From Planctomycetota bacterium (lineage in GTDB: Bacteria > Planctomycetota > UBA1135 > UBA2386), in assembly GCA_965223545.1 (NCBI GenBank), contig OZ245006.1:1888001-1952000 (forward strand): 64,000 nucleotides of DNA. The letters are read 5' to 3'. Positions 20,382 to 30,484 of this stretch are shown in pieces. The notes beneath the pieces are model-generated. The model was not told the DNA's origin, made no database searches, and worked only from the letters and a program-made list of their open reading frames with translations. The translations under genes were made by a program, and so were the position numbers. How positions within the stretch are numbered: position 1 is the first letter of the stretch; every line of letters begins with the position of its first letter.

Positions 20382-22583
20382 TCACGATCCGACGACGCAG
20401 GTCGCGGCTGTAGACAGGGTGAATCCCGCCGAAACCGCGGGGTCCGGCACTACGGCCTGCAGATGAAACTCCGCGCCCAAATAGATCGGGTTCGAGGGAA
20501 TCGGGATGGCGAGATGCGCGGTGCCCGCGCTGCCCTGCATCGGCACGCTGGCCACCGGCGCAATCCGCAGCCAGCAGTTCGGCGACCCGAGTGCGCCCAG
20601 GTTGATCGGCAGAAGGCTCGGCCCCAGCGCCGTGTTGCTGCTGCCGATCATCGCCACCGCGGAGTGGCGCGGCAGGTAGCCCAGCCCGACAATCAGTCGA
20701 CCACCGAGCCGCGGCTCGAACGCACCAGACGCACCCCAAGTCGCCCCGCCGCAGCCGGAGCCGCCGAAATTGAGCACGGAACCGGATTGCGTGTAGGCCA
20801 TCGTCCGCGCCCCACCCGCGGCGATGACCGAGAAGCGATCTCCGGCCGGCAGCTGGAACTCCTCCGCCTGGCCCGAGCCGTTGGCACCCCAGGCCGCGAT
20901 CGTTCCGTCGCTCCGCAGCGCAACCGAGTGATCCCGGCCGGCGGCGATCGCGATGAACGGCTTGCCCGCGCTGACCGGGGGCACCCGCGTCTGCCCCGCG
21001 CGCCCCGAACCCCAAGCGACCACCGCGCCATCACTGCGCAACGCGATCGAGTGATCCCAGCCCGCGTCGATCGCGGTGTAGACCAATTGCGGCGGCAACG
21101 CGGGCACGTTGGTCTGTGACAGGCGGTTGTCGCCCCACGCCGACACGGTGCCATCACTGCGCAGCGCCACCGTGTGCGTGCGGCCGGCGCGGACGTCGAC
21201 GCAGCGCACGCCCGCGGGCAACGCGGGCACGCTGGTCTGGCCATAGGTGTTGTCTCCCCAGGCCACGACCGTGCCATCGCTGAGAACAGCGGCATCGTGA
21301 AACACGCCGACCGTCACCCTGCCAAAGGTCTTCCCCGGCGGCTTCGCCGGAGGCGGCGCCGTGAAGGCCCCCCAAGCGAACAGCGAGCCATCGTTGCCCG
21401 ACCCCAGAGCGCGGCCATCCCCCGCCGCAACCCGCAGCCAACGCACGCCTCTCGGCAGGGTCGGGATGTTGAGCTGCCCCCGGTCGTTCGCGCCCCAGGC
21501 CGTGACGTTGCCGTCGCTGTACCGCGTGATCGTGAAGTCCGTCCCGACCGCGAACTCCCACGGCTGGACCGGGCCCGGCAACGGTGAGCGGTACTCAGGC
21601 ACGTTGGTCTGGCCAGAGCTGTTGTTGCCCCAGCCCAACACGACCCCATCGCTCTGCCGCGCGAGGGAGTGGAACCCCCCGGCCGCGACTTCCACCGCGG
21701 TCTGCCCGCTCGACAGCGGCGGCACCGTCACCTGTCCGAGCGAGTCGGCGCCCCAAGCCACGACCGCGCCATCGCTCCGCCGCGCCACCGTATGCAAGAG
21801 ACCGGCGGCGACCGCGTCATAGCGCGTGCCGGCCGGCAACGGCGGCACCGCGGTCTGCCCGGCGAAGTTGGCGCCCCACGCCACGATCGCGCCATCGCTG
21901 CGCACCGCGGCCGAGTGATCCTGGCCGGCGGCGACCGCCGTGTACGCGAGTCCCGCCGGCAGCGGTGGAACGTTGGTCTGACCGTTGCGGTTGAGCCCCC
22001 AGGCGATGACCGAGCCATCGCTGCGGCGGGCCACGTTGTGGTGCCAACCGGCCGCGATCTCGACGTAGCTCAGTCCCGGTGGAAGAGCCGGCACCGCGAG
22101 CTGGCCGTAGAGATCCGAACCCCAGGCGACCACCGCGCCGTCACTGCGCACCGCGGCGGCGTGGAAGCTCCCCGCTGCCACGGCCACATACCGCATCCCC
22201 GCGGGCAGGGCGGGCACGGGGCCGACGCTGGCGCCCCAGGCGACGACCGCGCCATCGCTGCGGACCGCCAGCGACTGGCTTCCACCCGCCGCGATGCGCA
22301 CGTAGGTTTGGCCTTGCGGCAACGGCGGTGCCGTACATTGCCCGGCCGCGTCGTATCCCCAACCCACCACCGAGCCATCGGCGCGCACCGCGAGGGTGTG
22401 GTGAAGCCCCCCGGCGACCTGGGTGAACGACTCGCTCCGCCACGCGCCGTTGAACGTCTGGTCACCCCAGCCGACGACTTGCGCGGAGAGAGCGGAAGCC
22501 GTCAGCATGACGGCGGCCGCGCCCCGGCAGGACCGCAGGCAGGAGAAAGGACCGCGGGGAGCGATCAGCCTGGACTCCATCAT
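20382..22583 (-). CDS. Secreted RCC1/BLIP-II repeat beta-propeller protein
   Basis: About 14 repeats of type AAG..HS.A.RSDG.VVAWG.N..GQT.VP.LP, a signal ending ALSAQ, and a C-terminal PRLG...LGAEF.LQ domain. Confidence 0.88.
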   Translation of the reverse strand: MMESRLIAPRGPFSCLRSCRGAAAVMLTASALSAQVVGWGDQTFNGAWRSESFTQVAGGLHHTLAVRADGSVVGWGYDAAGQCTAPPLPQGQTYVRIAAGGSQSLAVRSDGAVVAWGASVGPVPALPAGMRYVAVAAGSFHAAAVRSDGAVVAWGSDLYGQLAVPALPPGLSYVEIAAGWHHNVARRSDGSVIAWGLNRNGQTNVPPLPAGLAYTAVAAGQDHSAAVRSDGAIVAWGANFAGQTAVPPLPAGTRYDAVAAGLLHTVARRSDGAVVAWGADSLGQVTVPPLSSGQTAVEVAAGGFHSLARQSDGVVLGWGNNSSGQTNVPEYRSPLPGPVQPWEFAVGTDFTITRYSDGNVTAWGANDRGQLNIPTLPRGVRWLRVAAGDGRALGSGNDGSLFAWGAFTAPPPAKPPGKTFGRVTVGVFHDAAVLSDGTVVAWGDNTYGQTSVPALPAGVRCVDVRAGRTHTVALRSDGTVSAWGDNRLSQTNVPALPPQLVYTAIDAGWDHSIALRSDGAVVAWGSGRAGQTRVPPVSAGKPFIAIAAGRDHSVALRSDGTIAAWGANGSGQAEEFQLPAGDRFSVIAAGGARTMAYTQSGSVLNFGGSGCGGATWGASGAFEPRLGGRLIVGLGYLPRHSAVAMIGSSNTALGPSLLPINLGALGSPNCWLRIAPVASVPMQGSAGTAHLAIPIPSNPIYLGAEFHLQAVVPDPAVSAGFTLSTAATCVVGS

Positions 22584-22704
22584 CTCGCACTCGCTTGTTC
22601 TTCGCCGACTCCTCACCGGGTCAGTGTATGCGCTGCGCTGAACGGCTGCCAGCCGCTCGCGATCTGCCCCTTGGCGAGGCGCTCGAAGGAATCGACGCAG
22701 CCCG

Positions 22705-25152
22705 CTACTCGCCGCCAGAGCTCGTCCAGAACAGCAGCACCGATCCTCCGACGAAGAGCGAGCCCGAGTCGGCCGGGTGGACCGCCAGAGCGCGCGGGCT
22801 ACTGAGCCCGGTGATCCCGGTGCTGGCGGCGAGCCAGGTCGCGCCGCCGTCGATCGACTTGTTGAGGATCGTATGGCCGGTGTAGAGGGTCTGCGGCGAT
22901 TGTGGGTCGATGCAGAGCGTGCGCAGGTCGGTGCCGCCCACCAGGCCGCTGTTGCGCTCGAGCCAACTCGCGCCGCCATCGGTCGAGACGAACACGCCGC
23001 CCGCGGTCACGACGTAGAGCCGCAACGAGTCGGTCGGATCGACGACGACGTGGCGGGCGTCGAGGTTGGTCAAGCCGGAGTTGATCGCCGCCCAGCTGTC
23101 GGCGCCGTCGAGGGAACGGTAGACCCCGCCGGCGGTCGCCGCGTACACGGTTGCGGGAGCGCTGGGATCGACGGCCAACCCGCTCACGTCGGCACTGCCG
23201 AGACCGGTGCTGCGGAACACCCAGCTCGCGGCGCCATCGGTCGTCTTGTAGACGCCCTCCAGCCGACTACCCGTGTACAGCGTCAGCGGATCGGAGGGAT
23301 CGATCGCCAGGGCGACGACCCGGGTCGAGAAGCCAAACAGGCCGGAGTACGCCGCCGTCCAGCTCGCGCCGCCGTCCGTCGTCTTGAAAACGCCGATGTC
23401 GTCGGTGCCGACGTACAGAGTCTGCGGATCGAGTGGATCGATGACGAGCACCTCCACTCTGAGGCTCGCCAGCCCGTTGCTCACCAGAGCCCAGGTGCGC
23501 CCGCCGTCGTGCGAGACCGACACCCCCGAGCCCTTCGACGCGACGTACACCGTCGCCGGCGCGACTGGATCGAAGACCACGGATCGACTGGCGCTGCCGC
23601 GGATCCCCGTCGTCACCGGGGTCCATGTCGTGGCGCCGTCGGTCGACTTGGCGACGCCCACGCCCTCGGTGCCGACGTAGATTGTCGAAGGCGCGCTGGG
23701 CGACAGGTCGATGCCGGTCGCGCCCCCCGGCAGCAAGCCCGCGCCCGCCGCGGCCCAAGAGTCGCCGCCGTCCGTGGAGCGGAACACACCCGACGTTTTC
23801 GTCGCGTACAGCGTGCCGGGCGCCATCGGGTCGGCCAGCACGCGCCGGACCGCGGTGAAACCGATTCCGCTGCTGATCTCGGCCCAGTTCGCACCACCGT
23901 CCACGCTGCGGAACATGCCACGCCTCGTACTCGCCGCGTACAGCCGAGCCGGAGCAACCGGATCGACCGCCAAGTCGAGAATCTGGCCCGCGCTGTTGAG
24001 CCCAGTGTTGCTCGAGCTCCACGACGCACCGCCGTCGGTGCTGATGTAGAACGAGTCGAACAGCAACGCGGAAGCGTACACCGTCGAGGGCGTGTGGGGG
24101 TCGACCCAGACGCGGATCGTGGCGGGCGACATGCCGGAGCCCGTCGGATTCCAGGTTGCGCCGGCATCGGTCGACTTGAACACGCCACCGAACATCGCGG
24201 CATACAACGTCGACGTGGTCACCGGATCGATGGCCAGATCCATGACGGCGAGAGTCGGCAGCCCGGCGCTGGCACCGTTCCAGGTCGCCCCCCCGTCAAC
24301 CGTCTTGAACACCCCGTGGTTCAGGACCGACACGTAGAGCGTGTTCGGGTCCGCGCGGTCGCGCGCGATCGCGCCCGTGTCGGGTGACGGCAAACCACCA
24401 TCGACCACGGACCAGAGGCTCCCCCCGTCGGCGGTGTGGTAGAGCCCGCTGCCGGTCGAGGCAAACGCATCGTCGGGGTCCAACGGGTGCGCAGCCACGT
24501 CGCGCACGCTGGCCCGGAAGAGGTCGACGGCAACCCACGGCTGGAAATCGAACGCGTTGGCGAGCGTCGCCGCCGCGAGCTCGTTGGTGACGACCACGTC
24601 CTGAGTGCCAGAGCCCATCGGCGACACTCCGGTCAGCGTGGTTTCGTTGACGATCACCACACTGGTCGCGGGCACGCCGCCGATCGCAACCGTGGTCTTT
24701 GCGGTGAAGCCCGAACCGACGACCACGAACGGCGTGCCGCCGCCGCTGGTGCCGACCGTCGGCGCGATCGACGCGGCGGTCGGTGGCCGCAAGTAAGCGA
24801 ACCCATCGGTCAAGGTCCCGACCTCCGCTCCGCGCTGCACGACGACGTCGACCGCACCCATCGAACCCGCTGGAGTCAGACCCGTGATCGTGGTGTCGTC
24901 CACCACGGCCACGCTCTGCAGCGCAACACCGCCCATCGTCACGGCCACGGTGGTGTCGAACGATGCGCCGGTGATCGTGACCCCGGTGCCACCGGCGACG
25001 TGCCCGACGACGGGGCTCACGCTGGTGATCGCGAGCGGCGGCGCGGATGGAGCGCCGGAGTTCGAACATGCCGCGCCGCTCAACCACAGCGCGACGGAAA
25101 CGACGACGGACACCACACCTCGACCGATCACGGCAAACCTCCGCGCGCTCAT
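22705..25152 (-). CDS. Lipoprotein with two IPT/TIG domains and BNR/Asp-box (VPS10-like) beta-propeller repeats
   Basis: Lipobox-like GAAC; ITSVSP..G..AGGT.VTITG (twice); many S/T-x-D-G-G-x-S/T-W Asp-boxes with AIDP..P.TLY. Confidence 0.85.
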   Translation of the reverse strand: MSARRFAVIGRGVVSVVVSVALWLSGAACSNSGAPSAPPLAITSVSPVVGHVAGGTGVTITGASFDTTVAVTMGGVALQSVAVVDDTTITGLTPAGSMGAVDVVVQRGAEVGTLTDGFAYLRPPTAASIAPTVGTSGGGTPFVVVGSGFTAKTTVAIGGVPATSVVIVNETTLTGVSPMGSGTQDVVVTNELAAATLANAFDFQPWVAVDLFRASVRDVAAHPLDPDDAFASTGSGLYHTADGGSLWSVVDGGLPSPDTGAIARDRADPNTLYVSVLNHGVFKTVDGGATWNGASAGLPTLAVMDLAIDPVTTSTLYAAMFGGVFKSTDAGATWNPTGSGMSPATIRVWVDPHTPSTVYASALLFDSFYISTDGGASWSSSNTGLNSAGQILDLAVDPVAPARLYAASTRRGMFRSVDGGANWAEISSGIGFTAVRRVLADPMAPGTLYATKTSGVFRSTDGGDSWAAAGAGLLPGGATGIDLSPSAPSTIYVGTEGVGVAKSTDGATTWTPVTTGIRGSASRSVVFDPVAPATVYVASKGSGVSVSHDGGRTWALVSNGLASLRVEVLVIDPLDPQTLYVGTDDIGVFKTTDGGASWTAAYSGLFGFSTRVVALAIDPSDPLTLYTGSRLEGVYKTTDGAASWVFRSTGLGSADVSGLAVDPSAPATVYAATAGGVYRSLDGADSWAAINSGLTNLDARHVVVDPTDSLRLYVVTAGGVFVSTDGGASWLERNSGLVGGTDLRTLCIDPQSPQTLYTGHTILNKSIDGGATWLAASTGITGLSSPRALAVHPADSGSLFVGGSVLLFWTSSGGE

Positions 25153-25232
25153 TGCCGGCCGTGGGTCCCCGTTCCACGATTCCACAAACTCGGGTCGAAA
25201 TCCCCGCCCGCAAGCAGTGGATTCGGATCGGT

Positions 25233-26354
25233 TCAGATCCGGACGTCGAGCAGCTGGCGCAGCCGCTTCTCCACGTCGCCGGCGGGCGGTCGCTCGCCGG
25301 GGTCGTCGCGCAGCATGGCGCCGACGAGCTTGGCGAGGATGTTGGGCACCTCGGGCCGCAGCTGCCGAACGTCGCGCCGAGGCCGCCCGCGCGCCGCGAC
25401 CCGCGTCTCGCCGGCTCCCCCGGCCTCGAGCGACCACGGCAACTGCCCCGTCAACAGACCGAACAGAGTCACGCCGAGGCCGAAGACATCCGCCGCCGGA
25501 GTCACGTCCTTGGCGTTCTCGAGCTGCTCGGGCGCGGCGTACGCGAGCGTGCCCAACGCAGTGCCGGTCGCGGTCAACGCGGTGAGGTCCTCGCCGAGAT
25601 CCTTGACCAGCCCGAAGTCGGTCAGCTTGGCCGAACCCTCCGCACCGACCAGGACGTTCTCCAGCTTGACGTCGCGATGGACGAGGTGACGCTCACCGAG
25701 CCACGCCAGAGCGGACGCGACGTCGGCCGCGATCGCGACCGCCCTCTCGATCGGCAGACGAGCCCCGCGCACCAATGCCGCGGCGTCCTGCCCGTCGACC
25801 AGCTCGAGGGCGACCCACGGCGGCGTGTCGTCGACGCCGATCTCGAGCACGCGGGAGATCGCGGGGTGGTCGAGCGCCAGACAGGTCGCGGCCTCGCGGC
25901 GCAGCCGCTCGAGGTGTCGCGGCCGGGCCCAGTGCAGTAACTTCAGCGCGACGCGCGCGCCGTCGGCGGCGCGTCGCGCCGAGTACACGATGCCGGCGCC
26001 GCCGCGGCCGAGCTCGCGCTCGAGCTCGAAGCCGGCGGGTGCCGCCAAAGGACCACGCGGCGCAGTCCGCGTGACGACCAGCTCGTGCGGCCCGACCGCG
26101 ACGTGATCGCCGCAGCGCAGCTCGAGCCAGGTTCCCACCGCCACCACCTGGCCGTTGATCCGGCCGGCGACGAGGAGCTGCACCTCGAGCCGGCGGGTGC
26201 GGCGGAAGACCGCGGCCCTGCCCGGCAAGTCGCCCAAGCGCCACGAGAGCCGGTGGTCGCTGCCCAGGACCCGCACCTGCCGCGGCGGCAGCCGAAAGAC
26301 CGATCCCGCGCGCGGCCCTCGCTGCACGGTGACGACGACACCGTCGTCACTCAC
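25233..26354 (-). CDS. Cytoplasmic Ser/Thr kinase with N-terminal FHA-like domain
   Basis: GPRAGSVF...GRINGQ...LRCGDHVAVG (FHA-like), then LGRGGAGIVY, HRDVKLENVL, DFGL, GTLAYAAPEQ. GTG overlaps the ECF stop. Confidence 0.85.
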   Translation of the reverse strand: MSDDGVVVTVQRGPRAGSVFRLPPRQVRVLGSDHRLSWRLGDLPGRAAVFRRTRRLEVQLLVAGRINGQVVAVGTWLELRCGDHVAVGPHELVVTRTAPRGPLAAPAGFELERELGRGGAGIVYSARRAADGARVALKLLHWARPRHLERLRREAATCLALDHPAISRVLEIGVDDTPPWVALELVDGQDAAALVRGARLPIERAVAIAADVASALAWLGERHLVHRDVKLENVLVGAEGSAKLTDFGLVKDLGEDLTALTATGTALGTLAYAAPEQLENAKDVTPAADVFGLGVTLFGLLTGQLPWSLEAGGAGETRVAARGRPRRDVRQLRPEVPNILAKLVGAMLRDDPGERPPAGDVEKRLRQLLDVRI

Positions 26355-26992
26355 CGCAGGTGTGGTCCGAGAAAGCCGCTCAGGTACTTCACCTCGGCGT
26401 CGACGTCCGCGGCCGCGTGGCCGTAGCACCAGATCTCCTGCTCGACGAGCCCAGCGAGGTGGCGCCGACCGCGCATCACGCGCTTGCGCAGCGCGCCTTC
26501 GGACACGCCGAGCTCCGCGCTCAGCCCCGCGTAGGTGCGCCCGGCGACGACCACGGCGTGCAGCGCCTGGTACAGCGCGGGCTGCTCGGCACGCAGCTGG
26601 TCGAAGCAGCGATCGACCAGTGCACTGATCCACTCGCGGTCGAACCCGTCGTCGGCGTCCTCCGCCACGAGCGGGGCCGGCCCCCCCGGTCGCGCCTGCG
26701 CGGAGCGTTCGCGGAGGTAGTAGAGCAGCTTGTTCCGCGAGATCGACTGGACCAGGGCGCGGAAGCTGCCGGCGGACGGATCGAGGTCATCCAGCGCGGC
26801 CAGGAGTCCGATCATGGCCTCCTGGGCGAGATCCTCCGCGTCGTCTCCGAGACCGCGCCGCCGCAAGTACGCGAGGACGACCGGACGATACTTGGCGCAC
26901 AACAGGTCGAGCGCTTCCGCGTCGCCGCCGCGCGCCTCCCACACGTTCGTCCAACGCGTGTTCGAAACCACCGCTGCGCATCGTACGGCCAT
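26351..26992 (-). CDS. ECF RNA polymerase sigma factor (kinase-associated type)
   Basis: TRWTNV...EALDLLCAKYRPVVLAYLRRRG..DAEDLAQ...GSFR...FDREW...YAGLSAELGVSEGALRKRVMRGRR. Confidence 0.85.
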   Translation of the reverse strand: MAVRCAAVVSNTRWTNVWEARGGDAEALDLLCAKYRPVVLAYLRRRGLGDDAEDLAQEAMIGLLAALDDLDPSAGSFRALVQSISRNKLLYYLRERSAQARPGGPAPLVAEDADDGFDREWISALVDRCFDQLRAEQPALYQALHAVVVAGRTYAGLSAELGVSEGALRKRVMRGRRHLAGLVEQEIWCYGHAAADVDAEVKYLSGFLGPHLR

Positions 26993-27061
26993 GCCGACGG
27001 TCCTGGAAGCCCCGGACACTCGCACTACACTCGGCTGTCCTCCTCTGGCGCCCCGACTGCC

Positions 27062-29863
27062 GTGACGGTCCCCGACGCTTCCGACACGAATCCGCGCTTC
27101 GACCCCGTCCCCGCCAGGGTGGGTCGGTATCGAGTCGAGCAGGAGATCGCGCGCGGCGCCACCGGCGTGGTGTACGCCGCCGTCGATCCGGACAGCGGCA
27201 AACGCGTCGCGATCAAGCTCCTCTCCACCCCGGCCGACCGCGAGCGCGAGCGCCGCGTCCGGCTCGAAGCGCGCGCGATGGCGCGGCTGCGCCACTCCCA
27301 CATCGTCTCGGTGGTCGAGTTCGGCACCGACGGCGAGCGCTCCTTCTTGGTCATGGAGCTGGTCGAGGGCGAGTCGCTGCAGGATGCGATCCAACGGCGC
27401 GGACCGCTGCCCGTGTCCGAGGTCATCCGCATCGGCATCGCGCTGGCCCGTGCCATCGCGCACGCGCACCGCGCCGGCGTGCTGCACCGCGACATCAAGC
27501 CGGAGAACGTGCTTCTCGACGGCAACGGCGTTGCCCGCATCGCCGACTTCGGCTTGGCGAAGTTGACCGGCGCCGCGAGCCCGAGCCTGATCGGCTCGGC
27601 CCACCCCGGCACCATCGACGGTCAGCTGCTCGGCACGCCGCCCTACATGTCGCCCGAGCAGGTCGATGGTGACACGGCCGAGTACGACGAGCGTTCCGAC
27701 GTCTACGGGCTGGGCGCGACGCTGTACGCGATGATGACCGGCGGGCCGCCGTTCGCCTCGGTCGAGACGTTGATCCAGCTCTTGAACGCGATCGCGCGAC
27801 ACCCGCCGGCGGACCCTTCCTCGCTGCGGGGAGACCTGCCGCGCTCCCTGGTACAGGTCGTGATGCGCTGTCTCGAGAAGGACAAGAAGGCGCGCTTCCG
27901 CTCGGCGGACGAGCTCGCCCAGGCGCTCGAGCGCTCTGACCCCGACCGTGCGCACGCCCGTGCGGGCCGCGCCACGGCGCGCCGCGGCCTGGCGTGGGCG
28001 GGACTGCTATTGATCTGCTGCGCCAGTCTCGCCTGGGGTGTCGCCGCTTGGGGTAGGGGACCCGCGGAGCCAACCCCCGAACGGACCGGCGACGGCTCCG
28101 CCTGGCGCACCACTGTCGGTCTCGGCGACGTCAAGGCGCGCGCATGGCGGGGTTCCGAGGTGCTGGTTCGGGGGCAGGACGACACCGGCTTCCGCTGGGC
28201 CGCGGTCGACCCGGAGACCGGTGCGCACCGGCCGCTGCCGGCGTTGCGCGACTGGCAGACTCCGGCGCACGATCCGGCGACGGGGCAGCTCACCGGTGCC
28301 GGACAGGACCACCGCGTCGTGCTGCTCGGCGAGACCGTGCGCGATCTCGGCGCAGCGGACACCGCCCACTCGTTCGGCTTCGCGGCAAACCAGACCATCG
28401 TCGGCCAGGCCGACGGGAGCTTGTTCGCCCTCGTGCCGGACCGCGATGCGCCCGTTTGGCAACACCGCTTGGTCGGTCGGGTAGAGACCCGGCCGCTGCC
28501 GCTCGACCTCGACGGCGATGAGCAGACCGAGCACGTACTCGCCGGCAGCTGCGCGGGAGAGCTCCTGCTGGTCCGCTGCGGTGACGGCGCCGTGATCGGA
28601 AGGGAGCAAGCGGGCGGACCACTGCAAGAGCACGCGTTCCAGCTCTTCGGACGCGCGGCCGACGGCGCGCAGCGTGTCCTGGTCAGCTCGCCCAACGGCA
28701 CCCTGCTCGTGCTGCGGACCACGCGCGAAGGCTTGGTGCAGGAGTCGACGCGGCGCTATGGATCACCGTTCTTCACCGCCGCGCAAGTTGTGGGTGGGCC
28801 CGACGGCGGGCCCGCCCAGGTCGTCGTCGCGACCGCTCTCGGCATCACCTCGTTTGGCCAAGACCTCAGCGTCGCCTGGGTCACGGGCTCCTTCGAAGCG
28901 GCCTCTCCCCGCGGCGAGATCGCCCTGGTTGACCTCGATGGCGACCGCCAGCGCGAGATCGCCGTCGCCATGCGCCAGCGCGCACCGCATCCCGCGACGA
29001 CCATCGTCGTCTACGACGCACGCGGCCGGCGCCGGCACACGCTGCCGATGGGCGACCGCGACGTGGTCCTCCTGGGCGGGCCGGCGCCTCGTATCATCGG
29101 GCACGACCGGCGCGAGGTCGCCGCGTGGGGCCCGTTCGCCCAGCTGTCGGCGGCTCCCGCGCCAGCCACCGACGACCTGATCGCGAACGTGATCGGTGGA
29201 GCCTACGCGCGCGCGCAGACGCTGGCACAGCAGCTAGCGGCGGACGATGAGGCTCGGCTGTGGGACGCCATCGCCGCGTGGTACCGCGGCCACACCGAAC
29301 CGTTGGCGACGCTTTCCGCGGGCCGCGAGCGAGAGCTCGGCCAGCAGCTCGCCGAGACCCTGGCGGAGTACCCGCTGACCTATGCGCAATCCGTCGTCCT
29401 GGCGAGCCTCCCCTTCTTGGCCCCGCTGGCGCCATACCCCGAGCCAGTCGCGATCCCCTCGACCCAACCGAGCCAGAACGTGGTGCGCGGCGTCGATCTC
29501 ACGGTCACGCCCTACGCAGTCTCTGGCGTGCAAGTGACGACCTGCAACGATCGCGGCGGCGGGCTCTTCGACGCCCACGGCTGGCTCGAGATGGAGCTCT
29601 TCCTCGACGCACCGGCACGGTTCACGCTCGCGTTCCACCACCAGTCTTGGGAAGACCACAACCTCGCGTGGTCCGAGGTCCGGGTTCTGTTGAACGGCGA
29701 GCCCGCCGTGCCGCAGTGGTGCGCAACGGAGCGCGGCACCTTCGATCGAATCCCGCTCGGCCGACTCGACGCGGGATCACACCGGATCCGGCTGATGTCG
29801 ACCCAGCGTTCGCTGACGGTGTGGCGGCTGTACTACGCGTTCCTCGAACAAGACGACGGATGA
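27062..29863 (+). CDS. Ser/Thr kinase with TM segment and extracytoplasmic beta-propeller (FG-GAP/PQQ-like)
   Basis: IARGATGVVY, HRDIKPENVL, DFGLA, GTPPYMSPEQ, TM LAWAGLLLICCASLAWGV, and two DLDGD motifs. Confidence 0.9.
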   Translation: MTVPDASDTNPRFDPVPARVGRYRVEQEIARGATGVVYAAVDPDSGKRVAIKLLSTPADRERERRVRLEARAMARLRHSHIVSVVEFGTDGERSFLVMELVEGESLQDAIQRRGPLPVSEVIRIGIALARAIAHAHRAGVLHRDIKPENVLLDGNGVARIADFGLAKLTGAASPSLIGSAHPGTIDGQLLGTPPYMSPEQVDGDTAEYDERSDVYGLGATLYAMMTGGPPFASVETLIQLLNAIARHPPADPSSLRGDLPRSLVQVVMRCLEKDKKARFRSADELAQALERSDPDRAHARAGRATARRGLAWAGLLLICCASLAWGVAAWGRGPAEPTPERTGDGSAWRTTVGLGDVKARAWRGSEVLVRGQDDTGFRWAAVDPETGAHRPLPALRDWQTPAHDPATGQLTGAGQDHRVVLLGETVRDLGAADTAHSFGFAANQTIVGQADGSLFALVPDRDAPVWQHRLVGRVETRPLPLDLDGDEQTEHVLAGSCAGELLLVRCGDGAVIGREQAGGPLQEHAFQLFGRAADGAQRVLVSSPNGTLLVLRTTREGLVQESTRRYGSPFFTAAQVVGGPDGGPAQVVVATALGITSFGQDLSVAWVTGSFEAASPRGEIALVDLDGDRQREIAVAMRQRAPHPATTIVVYDARGRRRHTLPMGDRDVVLLGGPAPRIIGHDRREVAAWGPFAQLSAAPAPATDDLIANVIGGAYARAQTLAQQLAADDEARLWDAIAAWYRGHTEPLATLSAGRERELGQQLAETLAEYPLTYAQSVVLASLPFLAPLAPYPEPVAIPSTQPSQNVVRGVDLTVTPYAVSGVQVTTCNDRGGGLFDAHGWLEMELFLDAPARFTLAFHHQSWEDHNLAWSEVRVLLNGEPAVPQWCATERGTFDRIPLGRLDAGSHRIRLMSTQRSLTVWRLYYAFLEQDDG

Positions 29864-30045
29864 GGACTGCGATGAATTCTCGCGTTACGCGACATCCTCG
29901 CGCGTAGGCCATCGAACCGGCCAACGCGCCGCCAGCGCGCTTGCACCATCGGTCGATCCCCCTAATCTGCGACATCATGGGCAAGCCAGCGCGCGAGTCC
30001 CTCTTCTGCCCCAACGGCTGCAGAGTTCCCGTCAAAACATGGCGG

Positions 30046-30405
30046 ATGCGTTCCCCGACAGCGTTGGCCTTCACAGCCGTCTTCCTCGGCTGCCAGCACT
30101 CGAACCAGCCCGTGTCCACCCCACAAACCCCGTTCGTCCTCACCGTCGAGGCGTTATCGCGGGGCAAGGGCGTGCCCGAGGCGGCGCGCGAAGCATTCGG
30201 AGAATGCCGCGCGCTGGTCGAGTCCGCCGTCGCCGAGGGGGCGGGGATCGACGTCTCCCAAAACACCATCGGCCTCGAAGGCGAGGTCCAGCTGCGACTG
30301 GAGTTCGCCGACCACAAGGTCGGGCAAGCGCTGGCCGAGCGGCTGCGCGCCGTCGTCGAGGGGGTCGAGCTGATCAACGTCGCCCAGGTGCCCCCCGGCT
30401 CCTGA
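30046..30405 (+). CDS. Small lipoprotein of unknown function
   Basis: MRSPTALAFTAVFLGC lipobox; LSRGKGVP and IGLEGE segments. Confidence 0.6.
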   Translation: MRSPTALAFTAVFLGCQHSNQPVSTPQTPFVLTVEALSRGKGVPEAAREAFGECRALVESAVAEGAGIDVSQNTIGLEGEVQLRLEFADHKVGQALAERLRAVVEGVELINVAQVPPGS

Positions 30406-30484
30406 GGCTCTCCTGCCGAGGGCGTGGGCTGTCTCCGCGCCCGGCTTTCTCCGACAGCCCCGAAGAGAACGCGCGAGGTCGCCC

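Noticed and set aside
20800..24500. Periodic DNA repeats resembling a CRISPR array
   Set aside because: They are degenerate, in-frame RCC1 and BNR protein repeats; there are no identical repeats with unique spacers and no cas genes.
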